A stretch of 64,000 nt of DNA. Source: Balanoglossus misakiensis (taxonomy: Eukaryota > Animalia > Hemichordata). The notes beneath the pieces are model-generated. The model searched no databases. It was not told where the DNA came from and worked only from the letters and a program-made list of their open reading frames with translations. The translations under genes were made by a program, and so were the position numbers. The DNA lies in assembly GCA_040954595.2 (NCBI GenBank), contig CM082585.2, positions 2,386,902 through 2,450,901 of the forward strand. The letters run 5' to 3'. Each line of letters starts with the position of its first letter. Within the stretch, counting starts at the first letter, position 1. This document shows positions 15,001 through 25,539 of this stretch, piece after piece.

Positions 15001-18000
15001 ACTCTGTAGATCGACGGATAGTTGTAAAATTTCATGGTTGCTTCCAAATACAGCCTCGTTTATTTACCGATTTCTGTTGTGATGCGCATAACACATAGAT
15101 AGGCCTATGCGCATAAGGAAGTTTTCCACCAGACTCTGTAGATCGACGGATAGTTGTACAATTTCCATGGTTGCTTTTAAACAGCCTCGTTTATTTACCG
15201 ATTTCTGTTGTGAGGCGCAGAACACATAGATAGGCATATGTGCATAAGAAAGTTTTCCACTATAGACTCTGTAGATCGATGGATAGTTGTACAATTTCCA
15301 TGGTTGCTTCGAAATACAGCCTCGTTTATTTAACGATTTCTGTTGTGATGCGCATAACACATAGATAGGCCTATGCGCATAAGAACGTTTTCCACTAGAC
15401 TCTGTAGATCGACGGATAGTTGTACAATTTCCATGGTTGCTTCCAAACAGCCTCGTTTATTTACCGATTTCTGTTGTGAGGCACAGAACACATGATAGGC
15501 CTATGCGCATAAGACATTTTTCCACTAGACTCTGTAGATCGACGGATAGTTGTAAAATTTCCATGGTTGCTTCCAAACAGCCTCGTTTATTTACCGATTT
15601 CTGTTGTGATGCGCAGAACACATATATAGGCATATGTGCATAATAAAGTTTTCCACTAGACTCTGTAGATCGAGAGATAGTTCTAAAATTTCCATGGTTG
15701 CTTCCAAACACAGCCTCGTTTGTTTACAAAATTCTGTTGTGATGCGCAGAACACATATATAGGCCTATGCGCATAATAACGTTTTCCACTAGACTCTGTA
15801 GATCGACGGATAGTTGTAAAATTTCCATGGTTGCTTCCAAACAGCCTCGTTTATTTACCGAATTCTGTTGTGAGGCGCAGAACACATAGATAGGCATATG
15901 TGCATAAGAAAGTTTTCCACTATAGACTCTGTAGATCGAGAGATAGTTCTAAAATATCCATGGTTGCTTCCAAACACAGCCTCGTTTGTTCACAAAATTC
16001 TGTTGTGATGCGCAGAACACATATATAGGCCTATGCGCATAAGAACGTTTCCACTAGACTCTGTAGATCGACGGATAGCTGTAAAATTTCCATGGTTGCT
16101 TTTAAACAGCCTCGTTTATTTACCGATTTCTGTTGTGAGGCGCAGAACACATAGATAGGCATATGTGCATAAGAAAGTTTTCCACTATAGACTCTGTAGA
16201 TCGAGAGATAGTTCTAAAATGTCCATGGTTGCTTCCAAACACAGCCTCGTTTATTTACCGATTTCTGTTGTGATGCGCATAACACATAGATAGGCCTATG
16301 CGCATAAGAACGTTTTCCACTAGACTCTGTAGATCGACGGATAGTTGTACAATTTCCATGGTTGCTTCCAAACAGCATCGTTTATTTACCGAATTCTGTT
16401 GTGAGGCGCAGAACACGTAATAGGTCTATGCGCATAAGGAAGTTTTCCACCAGACTCTGTAGATCGACGGATAGTTGTAAAATTTCATGATTGCTTCCAA
16501 ATACAGCCTCGTTTATTTACCGATTTCTGTTGTGATGCGCATAACACATAGATAGGCCTATGCGCATAAGAACGTTTTCCACTAGACTATGTAGATCGAC
16601 GGATAGTTGTACAATTTCCATGGTTGCTTCCAAACAGCCTCGTTTATTTACCGATTTCTGTTGTGAGGCGCAGAACACATGATAGGCCTATGCGCATAAG
16701 AAAGTTTTCCACCAGACTCCGTAGATCGACGGATAGTTGTAAAATTTCCATGGTTGTTACCAAACACAGCCTCGTTCATTTATAAAATTCTGTTGTGATG
16801 CGCTGAACACATACATATGCCTATGCGCATAAGAAAGTTTCCCACTAGACTCTGTAGATCGACGGATAGTTCTAAAATTTCCATGATTGCTTCCAAACAG
16901 CCTCGTTTATTTACCGAATTCTGTTGTGAGGCGCAGAGCACGTAATAGGCCTATGCGCATAAGAAAGTTTTCCACCAGACTCTGTAGATCGACGGATAGT
17001 TGTAAAATTTCCATGGTTGCTTCCAAACAGCCTCGTTTATTTACCGATTTCTGTTGTGATGCGCAGAACACATAGATAGGCATATGTGCATAATAAAGTT
17101 TTCCACTAGACTCTGTAGATGGAGAGATAGTTCTAAAATTTCCATGGTTGCTTCCAAACACAGCCTCGTTTGTTTACAAAATTCTGTTGTGATGCGCAGA
17201 ACACATATATAGGCCTATGCGCATAATAACGTTTTCCACTAGACTCTGTAGATCGACGGATAGTTGTAAAATTTCCATGGTTGCTTCCAAACAGCCTCGT
17301 TTATTTACCGAATTCTGTTGTGAGGCGCAGAACACATAGATAGGCCTATGTGCATAAGAAAGTTTTCCACTATAGACTCTGTAGATCGAGAGATAGTTCT
17401 AAAATGTCCATGGTTGCTACCAAACACAGCCTCGTTTGTTTACAAAATTCTGTTGTGATGCGCAGAACACATATATAGGCCTATGCGCATAAGAACGTTT
17501 CCACTAGACTCTGTAGATCGACGGATAGCTGTAAAATTTCCATGGTTGCTTCCAAACAGCCTCGTTTATTTACCGATTTCTGTTGTGATGCGCAGAACAC
17601 ATAGATAGGCATATGTGCATAATAAAGTTTTCCACTAGACTCTGTAGATCGAGAGATAGTTCTAAAATTTCCATGGTTGCTTCCAAACACAGCCTCGTTT
17701 GTTTACAAAATTCTGTTGTGATGCGCAGAACACATATATAGGCCTATGCGCATAATAACGTTTTCCACTAGACTCTGTAGATCGACGGATAGTTGTAAAA
17801 TTTCCATGGTTGCTTCCAAACAGCCTCGTTTATTTACCGAATTCTGTTGTGAGGCGCAGAACACATAGATAGGCATATGTGCATAAGAAAGTTTTCCACT
17901 ATAGACTCTGTAGATCGAGAGATAGTTCTAAAATGTCCATGGTTGCTTCCAAACACAGCCTCGTTTGTTTACAAAATTCTGTTGTGATGCGCAGAACACA

Positions 18001-19814
18001 TATATAGGCCTATGCGCATAATAACGTTTTCCACTAGACTCTGTAGATCGACGGATAGTTGTAAAATTTCCATGGTTGCTTCCAAACAGCCTCGTTTATT
18101 TACCGAATTCTGTTGTGAGGCGCAGAACACATAGATAGGCATATGTGCATAAGAAAGTTTTCCACTATAGACTCTGTAGATCGAGAGATAGTTCTAAAAT
18201 GTCCATGGTTGCTACCAAACACAGCCTCGTTTGTTTACAAAATTCTGTTGTGATGCGCAGAACACATATATAGGCCTATGCGCATAAGAACGTTTCCACT
18301 AGACTCTGTAGATCGACGGATAGCTGTAAAATTTCCATGGTTGCTTCCAAACAGCCTCGTTTATTTACCGATTTCTGTTGTGAGGCGCAGAACACATGAT
18401 AGGCCTATGCGCATGAGACATTTTTCCACTAGACTCTGTAGATCGACGGATAGTTGTAAAATTTCATGGTTGCTTCCAAATACAGCCTCGTTTATTTAGC
18501 GATTTCTGTTGTGATGCGCATAACACATAGATAGGCCTATGCGCATAAGAACGTTTTCCACTAGACTGTGTAGATCGACGGATAGTTGTACAATGTCCAT
18601 GGTTGCTTCCAAACAGCCTCGTTTATTTACCGAATTCTGTTGTGAGGCGCAGAACACGTAATAGGTCTATGCGCATAAGGAAGTTTTCCACCAGACTCTG
18701 TAGATCGACGGATAGTTGTAAAATTTCATGGTTGCTTCCAAATACAGCCTCGTTTATTTACCGATTTCTGTTGTGATGCGCATAACACATAGATAGGCCT
18801 ATGCGCATAATAACGTTTTCCACTAGACTCTGTAGATCGACGGATAGTTGTAAAATTTCCATGGTTGCTTCCAAACAGCCTCGTTTATTTACCGAATTCT
18901 GTTGTGAGGCGCAGAACACATAGATAGGCATATGTGCATAAGAAAGTTTTCCACTATAGACTCTGTAGATCGAGAGATAGTTCTAAAATGTCCATGGTTG
19001 CTTCCAAACACAGCCTCGTTTGTTTACAAAATTCTGTTGTGATGCGCAGAACACATATATAGGCCTATGCGCATAATAACGTTTTCCACTAGACTCTGTA
19101 GATCGACGGATAGTTGTAAAATTTCCATGGTTGCTTCCAAACAGCCTCGTTTATTTACCGAATTCTGTTGTGAGGCGCAGAACACATAGATAGGCATATG
19201 TGCATAAGAAAGTTTTCCACTATAGACTCTGTAGATCGAGAGATAGTTCTAAAATGTCCATGGTTGCTACCAAACACAGCCTCGTTTGTTTACAAAATTC
19301 TGTTGTGATGCGCAGAACACATATATAGGCCTATGCGCATAAGAACGTTTCCACTAGACTCTGTAGATCGACGGATAGCTGTAAAATTTCCATGGTTGCT
19401 TCCAAACAGCCTCGTTTATTTACCGATTTCTGTTGTGAGGCGCAGAACACATGATAGGCCTATGCGCATGAGACATTTTTCCACTAGACTCTGTAGATCG
19501 ACGGATAGTTGTAAAATTTCATGGTTGCTTCCAAATACAGCCTCGTTTATTTAGCGATTTCTGTTGTGATGCGCATAACACATAGATAGGCCTATGCGCA
19601 TAAGAACGTTTTCCACTAGACTTTGTAGATCGACGGATAGTTGTACAATGTCCATGGTTGCTTCCAAACAGCCTCGTTTATTTACCGAATTCTGTTGTGA
19701 GGCGCAGAACACGTAATAGGTCTATGCGCATAAGGAAGTTTTCCACCAGACTCTGTAGATCGACGGATAGTTGTAAAATTTCATGGTTGCTTCCAAATAC
19801 AGCCTCGTTTATTT
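1..19814. repeat. Tandem satellite array, ~130-135 bp monomer (block 1)
   Basis: The monomer (TTTCCATGGTTGCTTCCAAAC..AGCCTCGTTT..CTGTTGTGA.GCGCAGAACACAT..ATAGGCCTATGCGCATAAGAA.GTTTTCCACTAGACTCTGTAGATCGACGGATAGTT.TAAAA) recurs head-to-tail, e.g. starts at 1, 134 and 267. The array runs off the left window edge. Confidence 0.99.
19804..19814 (+). other. Left copy of the 11-bp target-site duplication of the PLE
   Basis: CTCGTTTATTT occurs once per monomer but on both sides of the insert. The empty paralogous site lies 4749 bp upstream (15055-15065). Confidence 0.9.
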
Positions 19815-19867
19815 GAGTTCGATGAGGAGACAAGCGTCGGGTTTCATAAAAAGTTTTATTGTTAAAA

Positions 19868-19923
19868 ACTTGTTCTACCAACGTTTCGATCCTTCACTGA
19901 GGATCTTCTTCAGGGATCTAAAA
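19868..19923 (-). ncRNA. Mirror copy of the minimal hammerhead-like motif
   Basis: The + strand reads TACCAACGTTTCGATCCTTCACTGAGGATCTTCTTCAGG, the reverse complement of the motif in the right arm. Confidence 0.75.
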
Positions 19924-20276
19924 ATAGCAAAATGTAGGTGGAAAATAAAAATGAGCTGTATGGTCAAAATCTCATTGAGTATTGTAAAAATAAAGTCTGA
20001 AACGAAGACAAAATTAAAAACAGTCGGAACTGCAGTTGGACATGCGGACAAAAAATTAGACTTGAGTAAAATGACAACTTGTAAAACGGAATGATAAAAA
20101 TAAATGTAGAGAGACAAGACAAAAGAAACTTACTCAGCGGTGATGGTCTGAATGTGGTCTGAATAAAGACAAAGAGGACTCCCTAGTGTGGGAGGAAAAA
20201 TCAAACGGACTGCCTAGCAGTAAACAAAGACTATAGGTGGTGGGAAAAATATGAATATGAATGAAAGAAAAAAGTT

Positions 20277-22745
20277 CTACCAGTCCTTTTTGTTGATACC
20301 AGTGGGTGAAAGGGTACCGAGTGCATTAATAATTTTGAGTTCCAGTTGCTTTCTTATTTTGTCGTGTCTCGAATATACTTTGCACAGACCAGTGAATTGG
20401 AAATGGTCAATGTTGTGATCAGGTTCATGGAAGTGATGAGCGACTAGAGTGTCTTTGTGTGTACGGATACTGTAAAGGTGTTCGTTGATTCTGATACGGA
20501 GTTCCCGTTTTGTTTCCCCGATGTACAATTTGTCGCATTTGATACAGACGATGGCATAAATGATGTTGCGAGTATTACATGTCAGTTGGCCGATGATATG
20601 ATGCGATTTGTTATTCACCTTGTTGATTAATTTGTGTTCATTGGTCTGGATCATAAATTTGCATGTTCTACAGTTGTTACAGGGTTTACAGAGTCCTGGG
20701 TCAGCGTCTTTAGTTCTTGTCTTAAGGCCGGCTCTGACTATCATCTTCCTTAGGTTGGGTGGTTGTCTATAAGCGACAAAAGGGGGCGCGGTGAATGTCT
20801 CCCTTGTAGACTGATTAGATGCAAGTACGTGCCAGTGCTTTCTAATTATTGTCGATATGCTGGGAAGGGCCGGGTGGTGTGTGATGACAAATGGTATACG
20901 TTCGGATGAGTTGGTGTTTTTGTCTTGGTAGTTGATGAGTCGGTCACGTGGGATGCTTCTTACTTGATTGATGGCATTAGAGATCGCTGATTTTTTGTAG
21001 TTGCGTTGGATGAAGTGGTCCTGAAGTTTCTTGGTTTCTTCATTGTAGAGATCTGTTGTAGAGCAGATGCGTCTATATCGCAGGGCCTGTCCCTTGGGGA
21101 TCGCTTTAAAGATATGGCGTGGATGGCAGGATGATGGAAGTAGATACGTGTGCTTGTCAGTAGGTTTGCTGTAGATGGTCGTATGAATAGTGTTATCCTT
21201 GATCATCATATTGGTGTCCAGAAATGGAACTTCAAGTGGGCTGTGTTCTATGGTGAATTTCAGGGATGGGTGGATGGAGTTGCAGTATTCATGGAATTTA
21301 ACAAGTTGGTCGGGCCCATGAGTCCAAATATAGCGGATGTCATCAATGAATCTTTTCCAATTTTGTGGTTGTAGAGGACAGTTGGCAAGGATGTATTTTT
21401 CTAGTTTGCCCATAGCGATGTTCGCATAGGAAGGCGCGACCTTACTGCCCATGGCTGTGCCGTGAACTTGCAGATAGAATCTCTCGTTGAATTGGAAGTA
21501 GTTTTTGGTGAGAATGAATTCGAGCATTTCTGTGATGAGCGTAGGGTTAGGTGTGGTGATGTTGTGTTCCTCCAAAGCTTCCTGTACTGCTTGGATGCCG
21601 TAGTCGTGGGGTATATTGGTGTACAGAGAAACGACGTCCATGGTGACGAGGATGCTATTGTCCGGTACTGTGCTATTTTCTATGTCCTGCAGGTGGTGAG
21701 TGGTGTCCTTGAGGTATGATGGAAGCTTTTTGACGATGGGTTGAAGGATGTGATCGACATATTGTGCAAGTGGGGTGGTGACGGCTTGGTGCTGTGGTAC
21801 TATGGGGCGAAGTGGTGAATTTTGTTTGTGAATTTTCGGCAGACCATAGAAGTTGCCTGGTTTGGGTTCTTTTTGTATGAGTTTTTTGGCGATGTCCTGT
21901 GGGATCCATTTCTTGTTCATCCATTTCTTTACCTTCTTCTCAAGTTCATTTTGGTATTGGTTTGTGGGGTCATGGTCTAGTTCTCTGTAGAATAAACGGT
22001 CTTGTAGTATGTTCTGACATGTATCAATGTAGCTTGCTGTGTCCATGACTACAATACCCCCACCTTTGTCGGCCGGTTTAATTGTGAGGTCCGCCCTGTC
22101 GACAAGTTTTCGGAGAGCAGCTCTTTCTTCTTTGCTGATATTATCATAAGTTTTCTTGCGAATCTTATCATTTAGGACTTCTTCTTCGACGGCAGTGAGG
22201 AAAGCTTCTAGGGTGGTACTTTCATTCGGAGGTGGGTTAAAGCCAGATTTCTCCCGATTAAATGGACCACACTTGATCGGTTGTATAGCATTTTGGTCGT
22301 CATGTCTGTTTCTGTATTTATAGCGTAATCTGCATTTTCGTTTGAATTCTTGAATGTCGGAGTAGAGTTCTCTGGTATTAATATTTGTGGGGGTCGGGCA
22401 GAATGTAAGACCTTTGGAGAGCACACTTACTTCCGCTGGGGTAAGTTGACTTGAGGAGAGGTTGGTGACTGTTGAAATCGTGTCCTGTGCAGCTGTTTGT
22501 TTTGACTTGGCCTTCGTTCTTGGTCTGTTATTGCGTCGGTTCCTGGAAAAGTGTCGAAGTGGTTTCTTTCTGTGATTATCGCCGTGTTTGTTCTTTTGTA
22601 GGAGAAGTTGAAATTTATGATGTTGTTGGTTTTGTCGCAAATGTCTTATTTTGGTTGTGTACGTAGACAGGTTGTCTTGCACCTGTCTACGTACACAACC
22701 AAAATAAGACATTTGCGACAAAACCAACAACATCATAAATTTCAA
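20277..22745 (-). CDS. Mirror copy of the PLE polyprotein (RT + GIY-YIG)
   Basis: 822-aa open frame identical to the + copy except the spacer-encoded residues (QDN vs VLH) and one V/I change (HWHV vs HWHI). Confidence 0.95.
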   Translation of the reverse strand: MKFMMLLVLSQMSYFGCVRRQVQDNLSTYTTKIRHLRQNQQHHKFQLLLQKNKHGDNHRKKPLRHFSRNRRNNRPRTKAKSKQTAAQDTISTVTNLSSSQLTPAEVSVLSKGLTFCPTPTNINTRELYSDIQEFKRKCRLRYKYRNRHDDQNAIQPIKCGPFNREKSGFNPPPNESTTLEAFLTAVEEEVLNDKIRKKTYDNISKEERAALRKLVDRADLTIKPADKGGGIVVMDTASYIDTCQNILQDRLFYRELDHDPTNQYQNELEKKVKKWMNKKWIPQDIAKKLIQKEPKPGNFYGLPKIHKQNSPLRPIVPQHQAVTTPLAQYVDHILQPIVKKLPSYLKDTTHHLQDIENSTVPDNSILVTMDVVSLYTNIPHDYGIQAVQEALEEHNITTPNPTLITEMLEFILTKNYFQFNERFYLQVHGTAMGSKVAPSYANIAMGKLEKYILANCPLQPQNWKRFIDDIRYIWTHGPDQLVKFHEYCNSIHPSLKFTIEHSPLEVPFLDTNMMIKDNTIHTTIYSKPTDKHTYLLPSSCHPRHIFKAIPKGQALRYRRICSTTDLYNEETKKLQDHFIQRNYKKSAISNAINQVRSIPRDRLINYQDKNTNSSERIPFVITHHPALPSISTIIRKHWHVLASNQSTRETFTAPPFVAYRQPPNLRKMIVRAGLKTRTKDADPGLCKPCNNCRTCKFMIQTNEHKLINKVNNKSHHIIGQLTCNTRNIIYAIVCIKCDKLYIGETKRELRIRINEHLYSIRTHKDTLVAHHFHEPDHNIDHFQFTGLCKVYSRHDKIRKQLELKIINALGTLSPTGINKKDW

Positions 22746-25076
22746 CTTCTCCTACAAAAGAACAAACACGGCGATAATCACAGAAAGAAACCACTTCGAC
22801 ACTTTTCCAGGAACCGACGCAATAACAGACCAAGAACGAAGGCCAAGTCAAAACAAACAGCTGCACAGGACACGATTTCAACAGTCACCAACCTCTCCTC
22901 AAGTCAACTTACCCCAGCGGAAGTAAGTGTGCTCTCCAAAGGTCTTACATTCTGCCCGACCCCCACAAATATTAATACCAGAGAACTCTACTCCGACATT
23001 CAAGAATTCAAACGAAAATGCAGATTACGCTATAAATACAGAAACAGACATGACGACCAAAATGCTATACAACCGATCAAGTGTGGTCCATTTAATCGGG
23101 AGAAATCTGGCTTTAACCCACCTCCGAATGAAAGTACCACCCTAGAAGCTTTCCTCACTGCCGTCGAAGAAGAAGTCCTAAATGATAAGATTCGCAAGAA
23201 AACTTATGATAATATCAGCAAAGAAGAAAGAGCTGCTCTCCGAAAACTTGTCGACAGGGCGGACCTCACAATTAAACCGGCCGACAAAGGTGGGGGTATT
23301 GTAGTCATGGACACAGCAAGCTACATTGATACATGTCAGAACATACTACAAGACCGTTTATTCTACAGAGAACTAGACCATGACCCCACAAACCAATACC
23401 AAAATGAACTTGAGAAGAAGGTAAAGAAATGGATGAACAAGAAATGGATCCCACAGGACATCGCCAAAAAACTCATACAAAAAGAACCCAAACCAGGCAA
23501 CTTCTATGGTCTGCCGAAAATTCACAAACAAAATTCACCACTTCGCCCCATAGTACCACAGCACCAAGCCGTCACCACCCCACTTGCACAATATGTCGAT
23601 CACATCCTTCAACCCATCGTCAAAAAGCTTCCATCATACCTCAAGGACACCACTCACCACCTGCAGGACATAGAAAATAGCACAGTACCGGACAATAGCA
23701 TCCTCGTCACCATGGACGTCGTTTCTCTGTACACCAATATACCCCACGACTACGGCATCCAAGCAGTACAGGAAGCTTTGGAGGAACACAACATCACCAC
23801 ACCTAACCCTACGCTCATCACAGAAATGCTCGAATTCATTCTCACCAAAAACTACTTCCAATTCAACGAGAGATTCTATCTGCAAGTTCACGGCACAGCC
23901 ATGGGCAGTAAGGTCGCGCCTTCCTATGCGAACATCGCTATGGGCAAACTAGAAAAATACATCCTTGCCAACTGTCCTCTACAACCACAAAATTGGAAAA
24001 GATTCATTGATGACATCCGCTATATTTGGACTCATGGGCCCGACCAACTTGTTAAATTCCATGAATACTGCAACTCCATCCACCCATCCCTGAAATTCAC
24101 CATAGAACACAGCCCACTTGAAGTTCCATTTCTGGACACCAATATGATGATCAAGGATAACACTATTCATACGACCATCTACAGCAAACCTACTGACAAG
24201 CACACGTATCTACTTCCATCATCCTGCCATCCACGCCATATCTTTAAAGCGATCCCCAAGGGACAGGCCCTGCGATATAGACGCATCTGCTCTACAACAG
24301 ATCTCTACAATGAAGAAACCAAGAAACTTCAGGACCACTTCATCCAACGCAACTACAAAAAATCAGCGATCTCTAATGCCATCAATCAAGTAAGAAGCAT
24401 CCCACGTGACCGACTCATCAACTACCAAGACAAAAACACCAACTCATCCGAACGTATACCATTTGTCATCACACACCACCCGGCCCTTCCCAGCATATCG
24501 ACAATAATTAGAAAGCACTGGCACATACTTGCATCTAATCAGTCTACAAGGGAGACATTCACCGCGCCCCCTTTTGTCGCTTATAGACAACCACCCAACC
24601 TAAGGAAGATGATAGTCAGAGCCGGCCTTAAGACAAGAACTAAAGACGCTGACCCAGGACTCTGTAAACCCTGTAACAACTGTAGAACATGCAAATTTAT
24701 GATCCAGACCAATGAACACAAATTAATCAACAAGGTGAATAACAAATCGCATCATATCATCGGCCAACTGACATGTAATACTCGCAACATCATTTATGCC
24801 ATCGTCTGTATCAAATGCGACAAATTGTACATCGGGGAAACAAAACGGGAACTCCGTATCAGAATCAACGAACACCTTTACAGTATCCGTACACACAAAG
24901 ACACTCTAGTCGCTCATCACTTCCATGAACCTGATCACAACATTGACCATTTCCAATTCACTGGTCTGTGCAAAGTATATTCGAGACACGACAAAATAAG
25001 AAAGCAACTGGAACTCAAAATTATTAATGCACTCGGTACCCTTTCACCCACTGGTATCAACAAAAAGGACTGGTAG
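22608..25076 (+). CDS. PLE polyprotein: reverse transcriptase + Cys-rich linker + GIY-YIG endonuclease (probably 5'-truncated; first ~24 codons come from the opposite arm and spacer)
   Basis: PLE N-terminal motifs LSKGLTFCPTP and KPADKGGGIVVMD (DKG). RT motifs YGLPKIHK, LRPIV, MDVVSLYTNIP, GTAMGSKVAPSYAN, RFIDD and PFLD. Linker CKPCNNCRTC. Endonuclease IIYAIVCIKCDKLYIGET..R..EH..H..E with CCHH residues. Confidence 0.95.
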   Translation: MKFMMLLVLSQMSYFGCVRRQVVLHLSTYTTKIRHLRQNQQHHKFQLLLQKNKHGDNHRKKPLRHFSRNRRNNRPRTKAKSKQTAAQDTISTVTNLSSSQLTPAEVSVLSKGLTFCPTPTNINTRELYSDIQEFKRKCRLRYKYRNRHDDQNAIQPIKCGPFNREKSGFNPPPNESTTLEAFLTAVEEEVLNDKIRKKTYDNISKEERAALRKLVDRADLTIKPADKGGGIVVMDTASYIDTCQNILQDRLFYRELDHDPTNQYQNELEKKVKKWMNKKWIPQDIAKKLIQKEPKPGNFYGLPKIHKQNSPLRPIVPQHQAVTTPLAQYVDHILQPIVKKLPSYLKDTTHHLQDIENSTVPDNSILVTMDVVSLYTNIPHDYGIQAVQEALEEHNITTPNPTLITEMLEFILTKNYFQFNERFYLQVHGTAMGSKVAPSYANIAMGKLEKYILANCPLQPQNWKRFIDDIRYIWTHGPDQLVKFHEYCNSIHPSLKFTIEHSPLEVPFLDTNMMIKDNTIHTTIYSKPTDKHTYLLPSSCHPRHIFKAIPKGQALRYRRICSTTDLYNEETKKLQDHFIQRNYKKSAISNAINQVRSIPRDRLINYQDKNTNSSERIPFVITHHPALPSISTIIRKHWHILASNQSTRETFTAPPFVAYRQPPNLRKMIVRAGLKTRTKDADPGLCKPCNNCRTCKFMIQTNEHKLINKVNNKSHHIIGQLTCNTRNIIYAIVCIKCDKLYIGETKRELRIRINEHLYSIRTHKDTLVAHHFHEPDHNIDHFQFTGLCKVYSRHDKIRKQLELKIINALGTLSPTGINKKDW

Positions 25077-25219
25077 AACTTTTTTCTTTCATTCATATTC
25101 ATATTTTTCCCACCACCTATAGTCTTTGTTTACTGCTAGGCAGTCCGTTTGATTTTTCCTCCCACACTAGGGAGTCCTCTTTGTCTTTATTCAGACCACA
25201 TTCAGACCATCACCGCTGA

Positions 25220-25435
25220 GTAAGTTTCTTTTGTCTTGTCTCTCTACATTTATTTTTATCATTCCGTTTTACAAGTTGTCATTTTACTCAAGTCTAATTT
25301 TTTGTCCGCATGTCCAACTGCAGTTCCGACTGTTTTTAATTTTGTCTTCGTTTCAGACTTTATTTTTACAATACTCAATGAGATTTTGACCATACAGCTC
25401 ATTTTTATTTTCCACCTACATTTTGCTATTTTTAG
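25220..25435 (+). other. Putative retained spliceosomal intron (216 nt) in the PLE 3' UTR/pLTR; mirror at 19918-20133 (-)
   Basis: Donor GA|GTAAGT at 25220, T-rich body, branch-like CTCAT at 25398-25402, and acceptor TTTTGCTATTTTTAG| ending at 25435. PLEs are known to retain introns. Confidence 0.6.
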
Positions 25436-25485
25436 ATCCCTGAAGAAGATCCTCAGTGAAGGATCGAAACGTTGGTAGAACAAGT
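25430..25485 (+). ncRNA. Minimal type I hammerhead ribozyme-like motif in the PLE 3' region (pLTR)
   Basis: CTGAAGA (25440-46), an extra A, stem II GATCCT-cagtga-AGGATC (25448-65), GAAAC (25466-70), a short stem III with palindromic AACGTT, then GTA (25475-77). Stem I pairing is weak. Minimal hammerheads are an established PLE feature. Confidence 0.75.
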
Positions 25486-25492
25486 TTTTAAC

Positions 25493-25498
25493 AATAAA
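25493..25498 (+). promoter_or_regulatory. Polyadenylation signal AATAAA downstream of the hammerhead; mirror TTTATT at 19855-19860
   Basis: Canonical hexamer about 15 nt after the predicted ribozyme cleavage site. Confidence 0.55.
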
Positions 25499-25539
25499 AC
25501 TTTTTATGAAACCCGACGCTTGTCTCCTCATCGAACTCA

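Larger units (their letters stand above)
19814..25539. repeat. Giant inverted repeat: arms 19814-22672 and 22681-25539 (2859 bp each), spacer TGTCTTGC
   Basis: Mirror positions sum to 45353, e.g. ORF ends 20277/25076 and 22745/22608. The centre reads GTAGACAGGT-TGTCTTGC-ACCTGTCTAC. One mismatch was seen (C20828 vs A24525, V/I in the proteins). Confidence 0.98.

Noticed and set aside
22608-25076. Telomerase, group II intron, retron or LINE RT
   Set aside because: The DKG motif and C-terminal GIY-YIG with CCHH residues identify a Penelope-like element. There is no APE/RLE endonuclease or poly(A) tail.
19814-25539. Palindrome as a pure sequencing fold-back artefact
   Set aside because: Disfavoured but not excluded. 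The satellite keeps the same orientation on both sides, and there is a TSD, a one-sided 78-bp tail, a non-palindromic spacer and an arm mismatch.
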